Part shown: positions 23,826 through 36,486 of the stretch, piece by piece
Numbering within the stretch: the first letter of the stretch is position 1
How the letters are laid out: each line of letters opens with the position of its first letter
NCBI RefSeq assembly: GCF_902459465.1
Contig: NC_047078.1
Coordinates: forward strand, 6,572,001-6,636,000
Reading direction: 5' to 3'
DNA length: 64,000 nt
Source: Asterias rubens
Lineage: Eukaryota
Program-made: the position numbers and the translations under genes
The notes under the pieces: generated by a model
The model's input: only the letters and a program-made list of their open reading frames with translations
The model's database searches: none
Told to the model about the DNA's origin: nothing

Positions 23826-24029
23826 TTGAGGACGGTTCCTTTGCATCCCAATCCACTCTGGCTTTACAAAAATGTTGTCTGTTGCTTGCCAATAACGTTG
23901 AGGGCGCTGTTCTGTAGCCGCCACTGTTTATTTTCTCTACCAGTGTTTGCTTATTATTTTTTATCCGTTAAATCTTTGCTGAGTTTTTGGCATCGTCTTT
24001 ATATTTGTTGTTGACGTGTTTGGTAAGTT

Positions 24030-25560
24030 TTCTGTGCTTTTGTGTGATATATTTTGGTGCTTTATCCGATTAGTTTTGCTTGTTATTTTGATGTTTTTGA
24101 TGTGGTTTTTGTGTCCGGTCGAGTTCACTATTTTGTAACGTGTGTTCATCATGGTGGTTGCCTTTTGGTGCCCGTTCTCGTCTGTTGGTGTTTTTACATC
24201 TGCTTTTTATCATACATAAGTCACAACGGGTTCAAATCTTTCCTGATGCTGAGACTGTCAGAAATGAGTATTTTGTGTCTTCAGACCAGTACATGTGTCT
24301 GACTAATTTATGTTGTGCCACTTTCAGCCTGTCATGGGGTAACATTACAGCTGTGCCGTACTGGATTTAATTTCTCAAAAGTTCCATTAGTCTTAATGGT
24401 CCAAACATGGCCAAACTACTCTAATTATTCCTGGTCATGACCCTTCACATGACATAACAATATTTATGGATATTTCTGTTAACCCAGGCCCACGTATTGG
24501 ATCTACTAGTAATGACGAGTTGCATTTTATACATTCAGATAGTTCGCATTCTATCATTTCTAATATTTCAACTATAATGTATTCCCGTGGTCAGCTTGTT
24601 AACATCCGTAAGACTTCTTGTCACTCCATTCAGCCTGGAATGCTTTCTATTCTAAAAGCGAATGGAATTCTTCGGTTCAGGGGTAATAGAGCGGGTCACT
24701 GTCACTTTAAGTGTAAAATTCCTGTTCAAATTGACCACCGGCTTGATTATGTTCATAATGAGAGAGCTTTGGAAAACCGCACTCCCGTCCTTAAACATAT
24801 TGTTGTACATCCTGCTGATCCCTCCGATGAACTGTTTAAACTATGTTGCTTATATACTAGATCTCTTAAAAATAAAGCAGCTAATTTTGTTTCTTATGCT
24901 ATATTAATAGTAAGGATTTGTTTGCCCTAACAGAGACTTGGTTTTCAGATATGGATGTTGCCCACAAGGTTGAAGCAACTCCACCTGGTTTTAGATTGAT
25001 AGATCATCCCCGGAAAAAAAAAAACATGTAGTTTCTGGTACATTTCCTACTAACTGGAAAGAAGCTTTTATATGCCCTTTATTAAAAAAAACCAAAAAAC
25101 AATCTTGATATGAAATTAGAAAACTACCGACTAATCAGTAACTTACAATTTATTTCTAAAGTAACTGAGAGGGCTTTTTGTGACCAACTTTATAGTCACA
25201 TGTCAAAACATTCCATGTTTCCGGTTATCATCTTACCGGAAGCATCGCAGTACAGAGACTGCTCTTATTGATTTACTGATGAGGATGAATTCCCAACATG
25301 TTATTCTGCTTGTCCTTTTAGACCTTAGTGCAGCGTTCGATACTGTTGATCATGACATTTTATTGAAACGTCTTCAGCCTAATGTGGAGTCACTGGCAAG
25401 GCCCTTGATTGGTTTTCGTCCTATTTGTCAGATAGAAGTCAACGTGTATCCATTCAAGGTACCTTATCAGAGAAGTTTAATATCAACTGTGGTGTTCCTC
25501 AGGGATCCTGCTTAGGACCAGTTTTATTGGATAGATACTACAATTATCGAAGTTCAATTG
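24030..25560 (+). mobile_element. Degenerate L2-like LINE fragments
   Basis: NPGP motif at about 24480, then RT fragments YRK.RSTETAL, LDLSAAFDTVDH.ILLKRL and GVPQGSCLGP, broken by frameshifts and deletions. Confidence 0.8.
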
Positions 25561-26968
25561 TTTTGTTTATGTCAATGCTTGTACAACTTTTGTCATTGAT
25601 ATTTATACGTTTTATTGTTGTGATTTTTCAAGTAAATTATACTGGATGTCTAAATTAATTTCAATTGATTTCTGATCGATGTTTTTTACCAGTAGCCCTT
25701 GACTCACCGATCGTGTATTAAAATAGTCTCAGACAGGGCATTTTGATTGATCAGTTGACATTAAACGACTTGTCCAAAAGTCGGCCTATAACCTTCACAA
25801 CAAACGCGTTTTCAAACCAATACCAATGCAACGTGTCCCTTTAATCACATCGTATCCCTTTAATCACATCGTATTCTAGTCAGTATGCCATGATAAACCA
25901 TGGACCATGTCATGTCCACGAGATCGTATAAATCAACAGGTTTCAGCAATTTGGTTAGAAAATGCAGGACTAAATTTTGCCAGCATCTTTTGTGCACAAC
26001 CTCAGTTTGTGAACTGTCAATGGTAGATGAAGCCAATTATAATTAAATTAATTAAGCAAACAAGTAGCATAAGCTTAAAGATAACCCAAGCGATGCATGA
26101 ACAAGCTAACAACACACAATGGGAAAAACAATAGGGAATTTTTTTCTTTTAAAAAGCAGATTCAGAATCCCTTTTATCATGTATGTGTACGAAAGGTTGT
26201 GCATGTGCTGTCAACGTGTAATAAGAGGGTGTTGCAATCAAAACAGGTCCCTCACTGTATGATTTTAAGACCAACCGTTTGGTAAAATCCAATTCATCCT
26301 TGCTGTTTTTAGAGCAGAATAATTACACAAGATACACTGCATTACGTATCGTAGAGCTACGGTGTGTTGTTTTTATATGAAATTTGATCCAAGGTATCCT
26401 TGAATGGCTCGAAAAGTCAATTTTCCAACTGACCGACCTGCATAATGCAGTAAGCATGAATTAATGCTGCTAAGCAGAATAAGGTTACCAGCGAAAAAGC
26501 TCGGGTAGTATTAAGCGGTTGTGACATGGTTCCCGACATAATTTCTTGTAGTTTATGGTAAGCACAGTTTTCTGCTAGATGTTTTCATTAAATTAGAACC
26601 AGGTTGGCTTCGGAGCTTCGGCCTAGCTGTGTCTTTTGATAAAGTTTAATTGAGCGACAGGTTTGTGATGTTGTGATGGCAACGGTTGTTTACACTAGCG
26701 ACCGTACGCGTCCTAATTGACTCGCGCGCAGTTGCTCGCCTCGGTGCCATTTAAAGTGTCGATGAAACTCTGGTTTGAAGGGGAACAGCAAACACTGCAA
26801 CCGAAAGTGGTAGAAAAACCACCAAAGTTCAATTCTGTTTTGTGTCGAAGTTGTTGGATAGGCAAGAGATAAAATAACTGTATGATTGTTGTTCCTTGAA
26901 GCACTAGTTAAATAACGCGCGGATCTTGAGGTATATTTATCAACGTGAAGGAAAGATTTGCTGCGAAC

Positions 26969-29900
26969 ATGTCGCTTCACGAGACACTTCTTATGTTTGT
27001 ATTTGTTGCTTCAGTCGGAATGGAAGGTAAGTTTTGATTCTTCAATAAAAAAGAGTCGTTTTATCACAAATGTGTTGCGTTTGAAAAAACAACGCCTCCC
27101 CTCAAAACAAATAAAAAGAGAAAAAATAATTAAAGCAACAAATTAATTTACAAATCTCAAAATAATATTGACAACGATCACTATTATACTTTGTTTGAAA
27201 TCATAGTCGGCTATTTTGGTATAAATTTATACACGTTTCTTCTATTTTCGTAATTACTTCGACCGGTTTATAAACATGTGGCGGGTTCAAGTTTAATTAT
27301 TTTATTTAATCATTTCCCTTTTATTTTATTGAGAGCAACATCCCTCTCAACTTCTTTTTACTGTCTTTACATGACGTATGCCCTATTGATCCGATGCAAC
27401 ACGCATTTCTCTTGTCGCCAAACTGGGTGTAAAAGGCAGTGGACACTATTGGTAATTACTCAAAATATTTATGAGCATAAAACATAATTTGGTAACGAGT
27501 AATGGGGAGAGGTTGATAGTATAAAACATTGTGAGAAACATCTCCCTCTGTAGTGGAGTAGTTTTCGAGAAAGAAGCGATTTTCCACAAATTTGATTTCG
27601 AGACCTCAGATTTAGAATTTGAGGTCTCGGAATCAAGCATCTGAAAGCACACAACTTCGTGTGGGGAGGGTGTTTTTTCTTTCATTATTATCTCGCAACT
27701 TGAGGAATTGAGTTCAAATTTTCACAGGTTTGTTATTTTGTGCATATGTTGAGATACACCAAGTGAGAAGACTGGTCTTTGACAATTACCAATAGTGTCC
27801 AGTGTCTTTAACATGCACACAGCGACATTGATGGAACTGGTATAAGTCGAGCATTTTGCGGGACTGCGTTCCGCGTGCAAGAGGTCAATGGTGGTCAGCA
27901 GTTTGTAAAAACTGATAGTACCAAAATTAACGTGAAAGTTTTGTTGACGCTAGATGGCAGCAGACTTGATAACCAGGTAAATTGCCATTGTTTATTACGT
28001 TCTGAGCATGTGCACAAAACCGACAATGGATTTACCTGGTAAATCTGCTGCTACCTAGTGTTCCAAAGTTTACAAGTCTTGTTATTCCCTGACTTCCTTT
28101 ACAACTGCAAATCATGGGATATTTGATTCACTGATTATTAAGGGCTTGACATGAATATCACTATAGTCGACTGGGTGAAATTGTTTAACAGGAATTCCAC
28201 TTCTTTATCACACAGTTTACGCATGCGTATGTTATGTCGGCCAGGAAGCAAACTCTGTCAAGGGTGAACCACCTCTGAAGTTACTGCCTGATCAAAACCC
28301 GTGTGAATGCACGGAGTTTCGTCCCGGTGGGGTTAACACAAAGCGACAGGCAAAGCCTCGTGAAGTAACGTTTGGTAATGACGGTCATCCAGAAGGCTGG
28401 ATTGAGAAGGACTGCATCAAAGGTATGACCTCATGTTTGTTGCTATCTTTGCAAGATGGACGATTCGATAACTCGTTTTGGGTTTGTGTCAATAATTGTT
28501 TCATTTTCCGGTTAACTCCTACAGAAGCAGCAACGCCAACTCGTCAACAGCAAGATGATGCCCAGAGTGGTAAGTAGTATTTTTTTTCGTTTTTTTTTTC
28601 GAAAGAAACCCATCGTGCCATATTAATAAAGGAATAAAAGGGTTGCGACGAGTTCTTAAACTGCCGTTCAAAACCAGCAGGGTCGTGGCCGTGCGATAAA
28701 GGCCCTCGCCTTCAGTTTAAGAACAAGTAACTGCTCTTTTATTCCCATTCATAAGTACCTTTATGGTTAAAAGGCGTAATGAAGTATGAAACTCTGTAAA
28801 ACTTATCCGTTTTTCGACGTCCTTGAGCTCTGTACGTGTGTTGCATTTTTATGACTGTGACGGTTTTCGGATATGCATTCGTGCGCGTATGTAATATGCA
28901 TCTAAACGTATCCGAAAACAACCGGTTATAAACGGCTCCAGCTGGTCATTCAACCGTTAAATCACCCCCACGTGACGCGCTCTCCACCAATGGGAATAGC
29001 GAAACTATTATATATATTATATATAACGAAGTAAAATTCTACAAAATAATGTTTACATCTTAGAGACGTTATGTAATAACAATAATTGTTTGTTCTCCCT
29101 TACTAGATACAACTTCCATGCCACCTTGCGACCCCTGGTCCTTAACAACGGACGTATTATTGAACATTCCTCCAATTGGAGAATCATTTCAGTCATACCC
29201 TGTTACACTTGAGTTCACACTGCACGGCTCTACCAGTGATCAGGTGGACATAACCTCTTACAACAACATGAACCCTCTTTGCATTGTTGGTAAGTTAGCA
29301 TTGTTTTGATTCTTAAAACATTGGATTTAAATCATGGTTTATTCTGCAAAGTAAATAACATGGAAGATAATCATAGATTTTTAGAGTTCAATTTTAAAAC
29401 AACTATACAGGAAAGTGCTTTATCGTCTGGAAATACAAATTTACCAAAGTGGTGTTTTTTATATTTTTAGTAAAATTTAAATTAGGTCGTGACACTTGTG
29501 TCCTTAAGCAAGACGCCTAACCATGGTTGGTTCGTAAAGTTGGTAGGTAGTGCTTACCCGCCAGGCTTCTGATGGATCATACCCAAGCCTACATCCGTAC
29601 TGTAAAGGGGGTAACTCTGTTTCAGCCGGAGAGTAAGTGGCAATTGCCCCTGGAAAAATAGTTTTAAAAACTGCCCTGAAAAAATCTTATGTCGTCAAGT
29701 TCTCGACCACTGTCAAAACAACGGACTTGATAGCTGACCAGCAACATGGGTTCATTCCTGGAAGGTCTTTTTCTACAGCATTGCTGTCAGCTAGTACTCA
29801 ATGGCTTCAATCTTTGGACGCACGAGTACCAATGGATGTTGTCTCCTTAGACTTTAGTCGTTTGCATGACACTATAAGCCACAATATTCTTGTTAAGAAA

Positions 29901-31859
29901 CTCCAACTTTGCTACAATATTAAGGGTGCTGCTCTTGACTGGATTGAGTCGTTTGTAACAAACCGCCTGCAACGAGTTGTCTACAAAGGCTTTACTTCAG
30001 ACTGGCTACCGGTCGGTTCAGGAGTGCCACAGGGCTCTGTACACGGCCCCCTGCTTATTGTTTTGTACGCTAACGATCTTCAACTTCAAATTCCTTCAAT
30101 CCTTGTACAGAACGCAGATGACAAATGTTTGTTTAAAAATGATGTAACATGACGCGCCGGATTCTCTACTTCAGAATTACTTCAACACTATAATAGAAAG
30201 GTTTTCGGTAACACCATGTAATGACTATCTCTAATGAGTTGGGTGGTTCTGAAAAGAACCGTTTGTTGAGTTGAAACCAACGGTTCTTTTCAGAACCACC
30301 CAAACTTATTAGAGATAGTCATTAAATGGTGTTACCGCAAACCTTTTTCTCTATCGTATTTCCACCATCATGCAAAGTTTCAAACCCTACTTAAACACTA
30401 TACCGTGTGTCTCAAAAAAAACTATACACCTTTTGAAATGACTGCCGAATAAAAAGTAAATGATTCTGTAGGGAAAGGTTTAGGTGTACGGATAGCTTAT
30501 GGACTGACCTTTGATATGGCACCAATAACTGCGAATTTTTTTTTTGATTGAGTTGATTTCGAGACCTCAGATTTAGAGCTTGAGGTCTCTAAATCAACCG
30601 TTTAAACGCACACAACTTCGTGTGTCAAGGGTGTTTTTTTTCTTTCATTATTATCTCGCAAGTTCGATGACCGATTGAGCTCAAATTTTCACAGGTTTGT
30701 TATTTTATGCATATGTTGAGAAACACCAACTGTGAAGGCTAGTCTTTGACAATTACCAATAGTGTCCACTGCCTTTAAAGGAACACGTTGCCTTGAATCG
30801 GACGAGTTGGTCTCTAAAAAGCGTATTATGTGCTATTGAGCTTTTAATTTTTTAAGCAATCTCAGCTCCCTTGTGAGTTTAGCCTGCTGAAACCAAATCA
30901 ATCCCAATAACCATCAATGTCTTGTTCTACGATACAAAACGTCGTCAACTCGTCCCAATTTCGTCATGTTGCTAAACAATTTCCTGCTAAGCAGAAATGA
31001 GCCGTATGCCTATACCAGTTGTGACATGGTAGTTTGGCCGGTAACCCTTATTTTGCAAGTTAGCGCTACTTCATTGTGCTAAACTGCTGTTGGTGCTTAA
31101 ACAGCTTTATTCATTCAGACTTATTACATTTATTTACATATTTCATGAAACAGTGTAAACAAATAAACTAAGCTATTTAATGAGACAGAGAAAAATAACT
31201 AAATAAAGTATGGAGGCATCATCTGGAAGCCGATGCTTATGTAGGGATGCCAGGGGACAGACAATTAATATAACATAAACGGGGACAAGAACGTACGGAC
31301 AGACAATTAGAACAAAGACAGACATGATTAAGACAACAATGATGAGAATAATAATTAAACAACAATAATTATACCAATAATAATGATAATAATTATTCAA
31401 TCTCGGGGATGTGAAGAAGTGCAAATCCTGATCACCCTTTTTTGAATGGTCATTAGTGAATGAAGCTTGTTTTTAGAAACTTGTGCCCAAATGTTTATGA
31501 AGTTTTATCTTGGATTGGAACCAACCCCAAGTATTTTTTCGCCAGACCTTGATTTATGTGTTTTCTTGTATGTTGTAGAACTGGACGCTGTGAAACAGGA
31601 GACGCGCATCTTTGAAGAATTCTATCCCACAAAAGACTTTCAAGATGCCTTTGATGGCTCCACACACTACTGGGTTACAATCAATCAATACAAACTGGAA
31701 TTTGGTAGACTGGGAGAAACCGAGTCGCTTATTGAGTGTCGAAATAATAAGAACATTGACGACGTTACCATTTGGTCCCAGTCTGATATGACTGTAGCAT
31801 TCTATGGGACCTGTCCTGACGCTGGGTTGTTTGACATAAGTTCCTTAATGTATTTTTAG
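26969..31859 (+). CDS. Secreted protein, array gene 1 (signal peptide + constant Cys-rich domain + Methyltransf_FA-like domain), 257 aa
   Basis: Exons 26969-27026 (MSLHETLLMFVFVASVGME), 28216-28422, 28525-28569, 29107-29289, 31579-31859. All introns GT-AG phase 1, ORF intact. The C-terminal LEFTL..S..D.V.I / HYWVTINQYKLEFGRLGET pattern resembles PF12248 by eye. Confidence 0.85.
27430..27811. mobile_element. Major TTAA-AG MITE copy (opposite orientation)
   Basis: AAGGCAGTGGACACTATTGGTAAT ... CAATAGTGTCCAGTGTCTTTAA. Confidence 0.85.
29715..30150 (+). mobile_element. CR1-like LINE reverse transcriptase fragment
   Basis: QQHGFIPGRS...DVV.LDFS...DTISH.IL..KL...GVPQGSV.GPLL..LYANDL...ADD; truncated with degenerate catalytic motifs; lies in an intron of array gene 1. 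Confidence 0.85.
30199..30344. repeat. Foldback/palindromic element (relative at 61271-61536)
   Basis: Arms AGGTTTTCGGTAACACCATGTAATGACTATCTCTAATGAGTTGGGTGGTTCTGAAAAGAACCGTT and its near reverse complement. Confidence 0.8.
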
Positions 31860-34601
31860 ATATCTCATAGTTGAGGACAATGCGTCACGGTCCCAATCCA
31901 CTCTGGCTTTTCAAAAGTTGTCAATTACTTGCCATAGAGGGCGGAATTATAATGTTATGAATTTTATATCGATTGCATTACAATCTGATTGTAAAAAGAA
32001 TACCTGGTCAAAAACACAATTGCAACGTGACGTCATCACGTACCGGGTCACTGCGAAAACTCCAGTGTTCAATTGATTCTTTTTGTAGCCGGATATGGCT
32101 ATTATACACAAACTATGTTTACCAAAGAATTGGATATTAAACTGACGTCATGTGATGATATGGTCGCAGGATGATACAAATAAAATCAATTTAACACAAC
32201 TTATTTTTGCAGCGTTTTTCATTTTATTTAGTTGCATTTATTTATTTGGTGATTTATTAATTTAATTTAATAAGTTGAGTACTTTCTAATTAAATTTGCT
32301 GTTACGGTAGTTTTGCAATAACTTTTTCGACGCTATAGTCTTAGCATATGCTTGAAAGTTTCAGCATCTCATGTCCAAAATGAACTTGGCAGTCTTTCAC
32401 AGCACTTGAAGCTGAGTGTGTCTCGTCTTGCAAGTTATATTCTTTATAGTCGTCGCCAATCGGCAATTAGTTTTATTTGGCAATCAGCACCTAATCTTTA
32501 CACTTTGTCAATGTTTTGCTCATTGATCCATATATAGATGTTCAGTTCATTATAATCGACTGTATTTTGTAATCTTTTTGAAACGTTTGCAAACCTTTTT
32601 TTTATGGGTTAGATATAAAAGTGGCGGTGTACTGTGTCAACTCGCACTAATAGTTGACTAGTATTCTTTTGATGTCATGAGAAACAATTTAGTTAAGACA
32701 TAATCAAATTTTAATGGTTTTTGACTTAGCCGTAATCGTACGAAAAGCTATATAGCTGTACTAAAGTACATGTAGATTGAATTGAAAATAAGGTTCTTTT
32801 TGCACAACATAACTTTTTGAAGGAATTTATTCAAAAACCGAGAGTCTTAGTTCCATTATGTACCCCAGTTTTCGAAAGACTTTGGCTCGGCCAATTAGCG
32901 ACAAAATACTGGGATTTTGTTGATGTGTTTGTTAATTACAAACAATCATTCATTTTTAAACAACCACTGGACGCTTGTTGTTGTAAGTATAGAAATTCAA
33001 CTTTTGCACCAGTTTTTTTATTAATTTCGGATGATTCCTCAGAAGCAGTTGAACCTCGTCTATGTTGTTATATAAAACGTTTTACTTTGTAATGATGTTA
33101 TACAGTGTTCTGTAACCAGCGGGGGATAGGGGCGCTTTATGACCCCCTTGCATCCCTCGCTCAGAACTCTTGCCACTCCCCTTTTTATTCCTCCCCTGCC
33201 CTCCAAATGAGGCTGAACAAAATTGCACAAATTAATGGCTCGATTTATTAACCCCTCTATTATCTTTGTGTACTCTTTGGGTCGTTCTAGGTGATGCTAT
33301 TATTTTAGGAATTTAAATGCAGCTGTTGATTTAGTTTGATCTAAGGCTGTTCGAACCAAACGTTGTATGGACACAACACGATGTTTGGCTGAGAATCGTA
33401 GTTTAATCGTATGTTAATGCTTGTTCAACATTGTAAATTGATTTTTATAACTCTTTCAGCAATAAACTCAATTTGCCGAGCAATTAAAAATGGCAGTATT
33501 AAACCCAATCCATTGCCATAGTTACGGTAGCAGCAATTGAAATGGTATAGCTATACTGGTAATTAAAGTACGGGTGTTGACAGAGTGTTGGTTGCAGATT
33601 GGACTGAATCACATTGCTTTACTTTATTACAAATCGATGCAATAACTCAATTACTATAATTTCATTGTAAACTGATGAGCTCCTAGACACCTGTTTAGAT
33701 AAATAAAACATTACTGACACAAATATTTAATAAAATGTCTTAATTATTTTCACGTTATTATACAACTATGCAACTATATAAGAGTTTACCATTCATGAGC
33801 AATATACTACTATGTAGAACAACCGAAATATTCTTGGATTGAGTTTTTCCCTAAATGATTTATTTCAAACCAGAATGTTTAAAATTTATGGCATTTTATT
33901 TACTTTTACTGACAATAAACATAAATTTACTTAGCGCTTTGACATTGTAATATTGGCGCTCCTAATAAGAAGGTAATTAGCATGTCAATGAAGTCAGCCC
34001 ACGATATCTTCAACGTCAAACTGTCAAACTGAAAAATCGACTTGAGCCGCGGCCAACTATAGTTACGCAAAGGGTTTTTCCTCCCTTCTTTTTTTGAAGG
34101 ATTTTAAACGGATTGATATTGTCCTTCGTTGGTCTTTGCACGAATCAAGCATCAATGACACACACGAGCACCCTGACGTTGTAGGGATGCTGATTAGCGT
34201 CACATGTTATGGTGAAAATTTAACTTTTATTTTATTTAGAAACATTTTGTTACCTCCTTGATGGGCAAAGTTCCATTCAAGCCGTTGCCAAATTATGCTA
34301 TGCAAGTTTTATTTTTATGAATAGGATTTTAAAAGGGAGGGATATACTTATTTATGTCCTTGGTTGGTCTTTGCACGAACCAAGTATTAACGATAAACAC
34401 GATCATTCTGACGTTGAAAGGCTGATGTTGAGCATCACATCTTGGTTGTTTTATTGACAAACAATTATTCCTTTCTTAATAACATCTGGACGCATAGGTG
34501 TTGTTAAGATAAATGTTCAACTACGCACCCGTGTGTTATACACTTCAGGGGATTCCTTTGTGTGTTGAAAATAATCAAGTATTATGGTATACTACGAACC
34601 C

Positions 34602-34985
34602 TTAAAGGAACGTTACAGAATTGGTAAGAAACAAAATTCGTGAAGATCACAGATTTACAAAAAAACTAACACGGTCTAATGATGATGGTATAGTAGAAAA
34701 CATCCCTTGAAATATTTCTGTTTGAAATTTCAAATTAAGATGAGAAACAAATAATCTAATTTTGCGTTTGGAGTTTATCGCCCAGTGAGCGTTGTATTCA
34801 TTTTTGTTTTGGCATCGATGCAATGCACAAAATGTGTAATCGGTTTTCACTATTTTCTCGTGACCCAGATGGCCGATCGATCTCAAACTTCTACAGGTTT
34901 GTCAGTTTATGTATATGGTGGATGAGATGAAGTGCTTACACTGCCAGCAAACCTTTTGCTAGCAAAACCAATTCCGTAATGTTTT
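34602..34985. mobile_element. TTAA-AG MITE, fourth subfamily (second copy at about 4045-4420)
   Basis: TTAAAGGAACGTTACAGAATTGGTAAG ... CCAATTCCGTAATGTT; the body is nearly colinear with 4045-4420. Confidence 0.75.
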
Positions 34986-36486
34986 GATATTACGCTCCTT
35001 TGCCACGATGTTATAAAGGGTTCGTAACCAGCGGGGGTGGTGCGCCATATGAACCCTTTGCATATCTCGCTCAGAACTATTGCCACTCCCCTTTAGAATC
35101 CCCACCCTTGAGACTGAACAATTTTCACAAGTTTATGGTTTGATAAATCAACCCCTCTAATGGTGTATGTGTCCCACTTGCCCCATCGCCATTGGAATAG
35201 TATAAGGCATGCACTTGTTATATAATTTGATTGGGTTTTTTTCTGGTTAAATGTTTTTTGGGTCGTTCCAGATAGGCGTTGCTGTTAAAGGAATTTAACA
35301 TCGCATCGTAAAATGTTGATTTGGTTTTAAATTTCTGTTAAATAAAACAATTTTCATAGGCACAGCATTATGGTGTTTTGGTGAACCTGCTGATAGAGTA
35401 GTTTAATCGATTTATGTAATTGCTTGTATCATTTTGTTATGATCCTCAACACAATTAATTTTGATATCTCAACAAATAACGATCGTGTACTAAAACGGTC
35501 TCAAACAAAGCATTTTTGTCAAACAGTTGACATTTGACGACTTTTTCAAAAGTCTAACAAAATAACATAATCGCAAGACGCACAAACTTGTAGACAAAGC
35601 AATTTTGTGAAACAGTTAAAATATAAAACTAATTTAAAAGTCATTTTATAAAAATTCTTGTAAATTTTTTAATATAAGTTTGTAAATTTAGATTTATAAT
35701 TATATCAGCATAAATATTGCGCAAAATATTTTGACGTTGTCATTATTTCATAATGGTTTTCGAAAAATTTATTTCACCATGGTGAAGCACCAGTAACTAA
35801 AATTTATCTGGTTTACAGTTTAAGTCAAAAGAAATTGTACATTATTTTCTTTTCGACAGTCAACATGACTTAACATTGACTATAATACATAAGTATCACT
35901 TGGACATCGTCATAATGGACGTCAAATGAATAAGAAGGTAATAAAAAACTTAAAGAAGTCAGCCCACGAAATATTCAACGTGAAACTCAGCCCTAGCCCA
36001 CTTTCGTAATACGTAGTTTCTTTTCAGTATTTTTTTAATAGGATTTCAAAACAAAGGGATACTAATTTGTCCTTGGTTTGTCTTTGCACGAACCAAATAT
36101 CTAACGATAAACACGAGCCTTCTGACGTTGAAAGGCTGCAGTACCACAACTAGCGATAATTAAACTGTTCTTCTATTTTACAAGGAAGGTTTTTTTTCTT
36201 GCCTCCCAATAGAATAGAAAAATCGATGTCAGCCGTGGACCACCATCGTTACGCAAAGGGTTTTTAATATTTTTTTAAATAGGATTTTAAAACGGAAGGA
36301 TACTTATTTATGACCTTCGCTGGTCCTTACACGAATGGAGTATTACGGTAAACACGATCATTTAGACGTTGATGGCTGCTGTTGAGCACCACGACTTGGT
36401 AAACATCTCCACTCGAGACTTGCTGTTTTGATTTGTTCTTCGCAAACTGAATCACGACTGACGGTTTTGAAAGTATCGCTACTACA

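Noticed and set aside
29107-31859. Calling the array genes methyltransferase enzymes
   Set aside because: No SAM-binding glycine motif is visible and the proteins are secreted; the Methyltransf_FA name describes a domain also found in non-enzymatic extracellular proteins.
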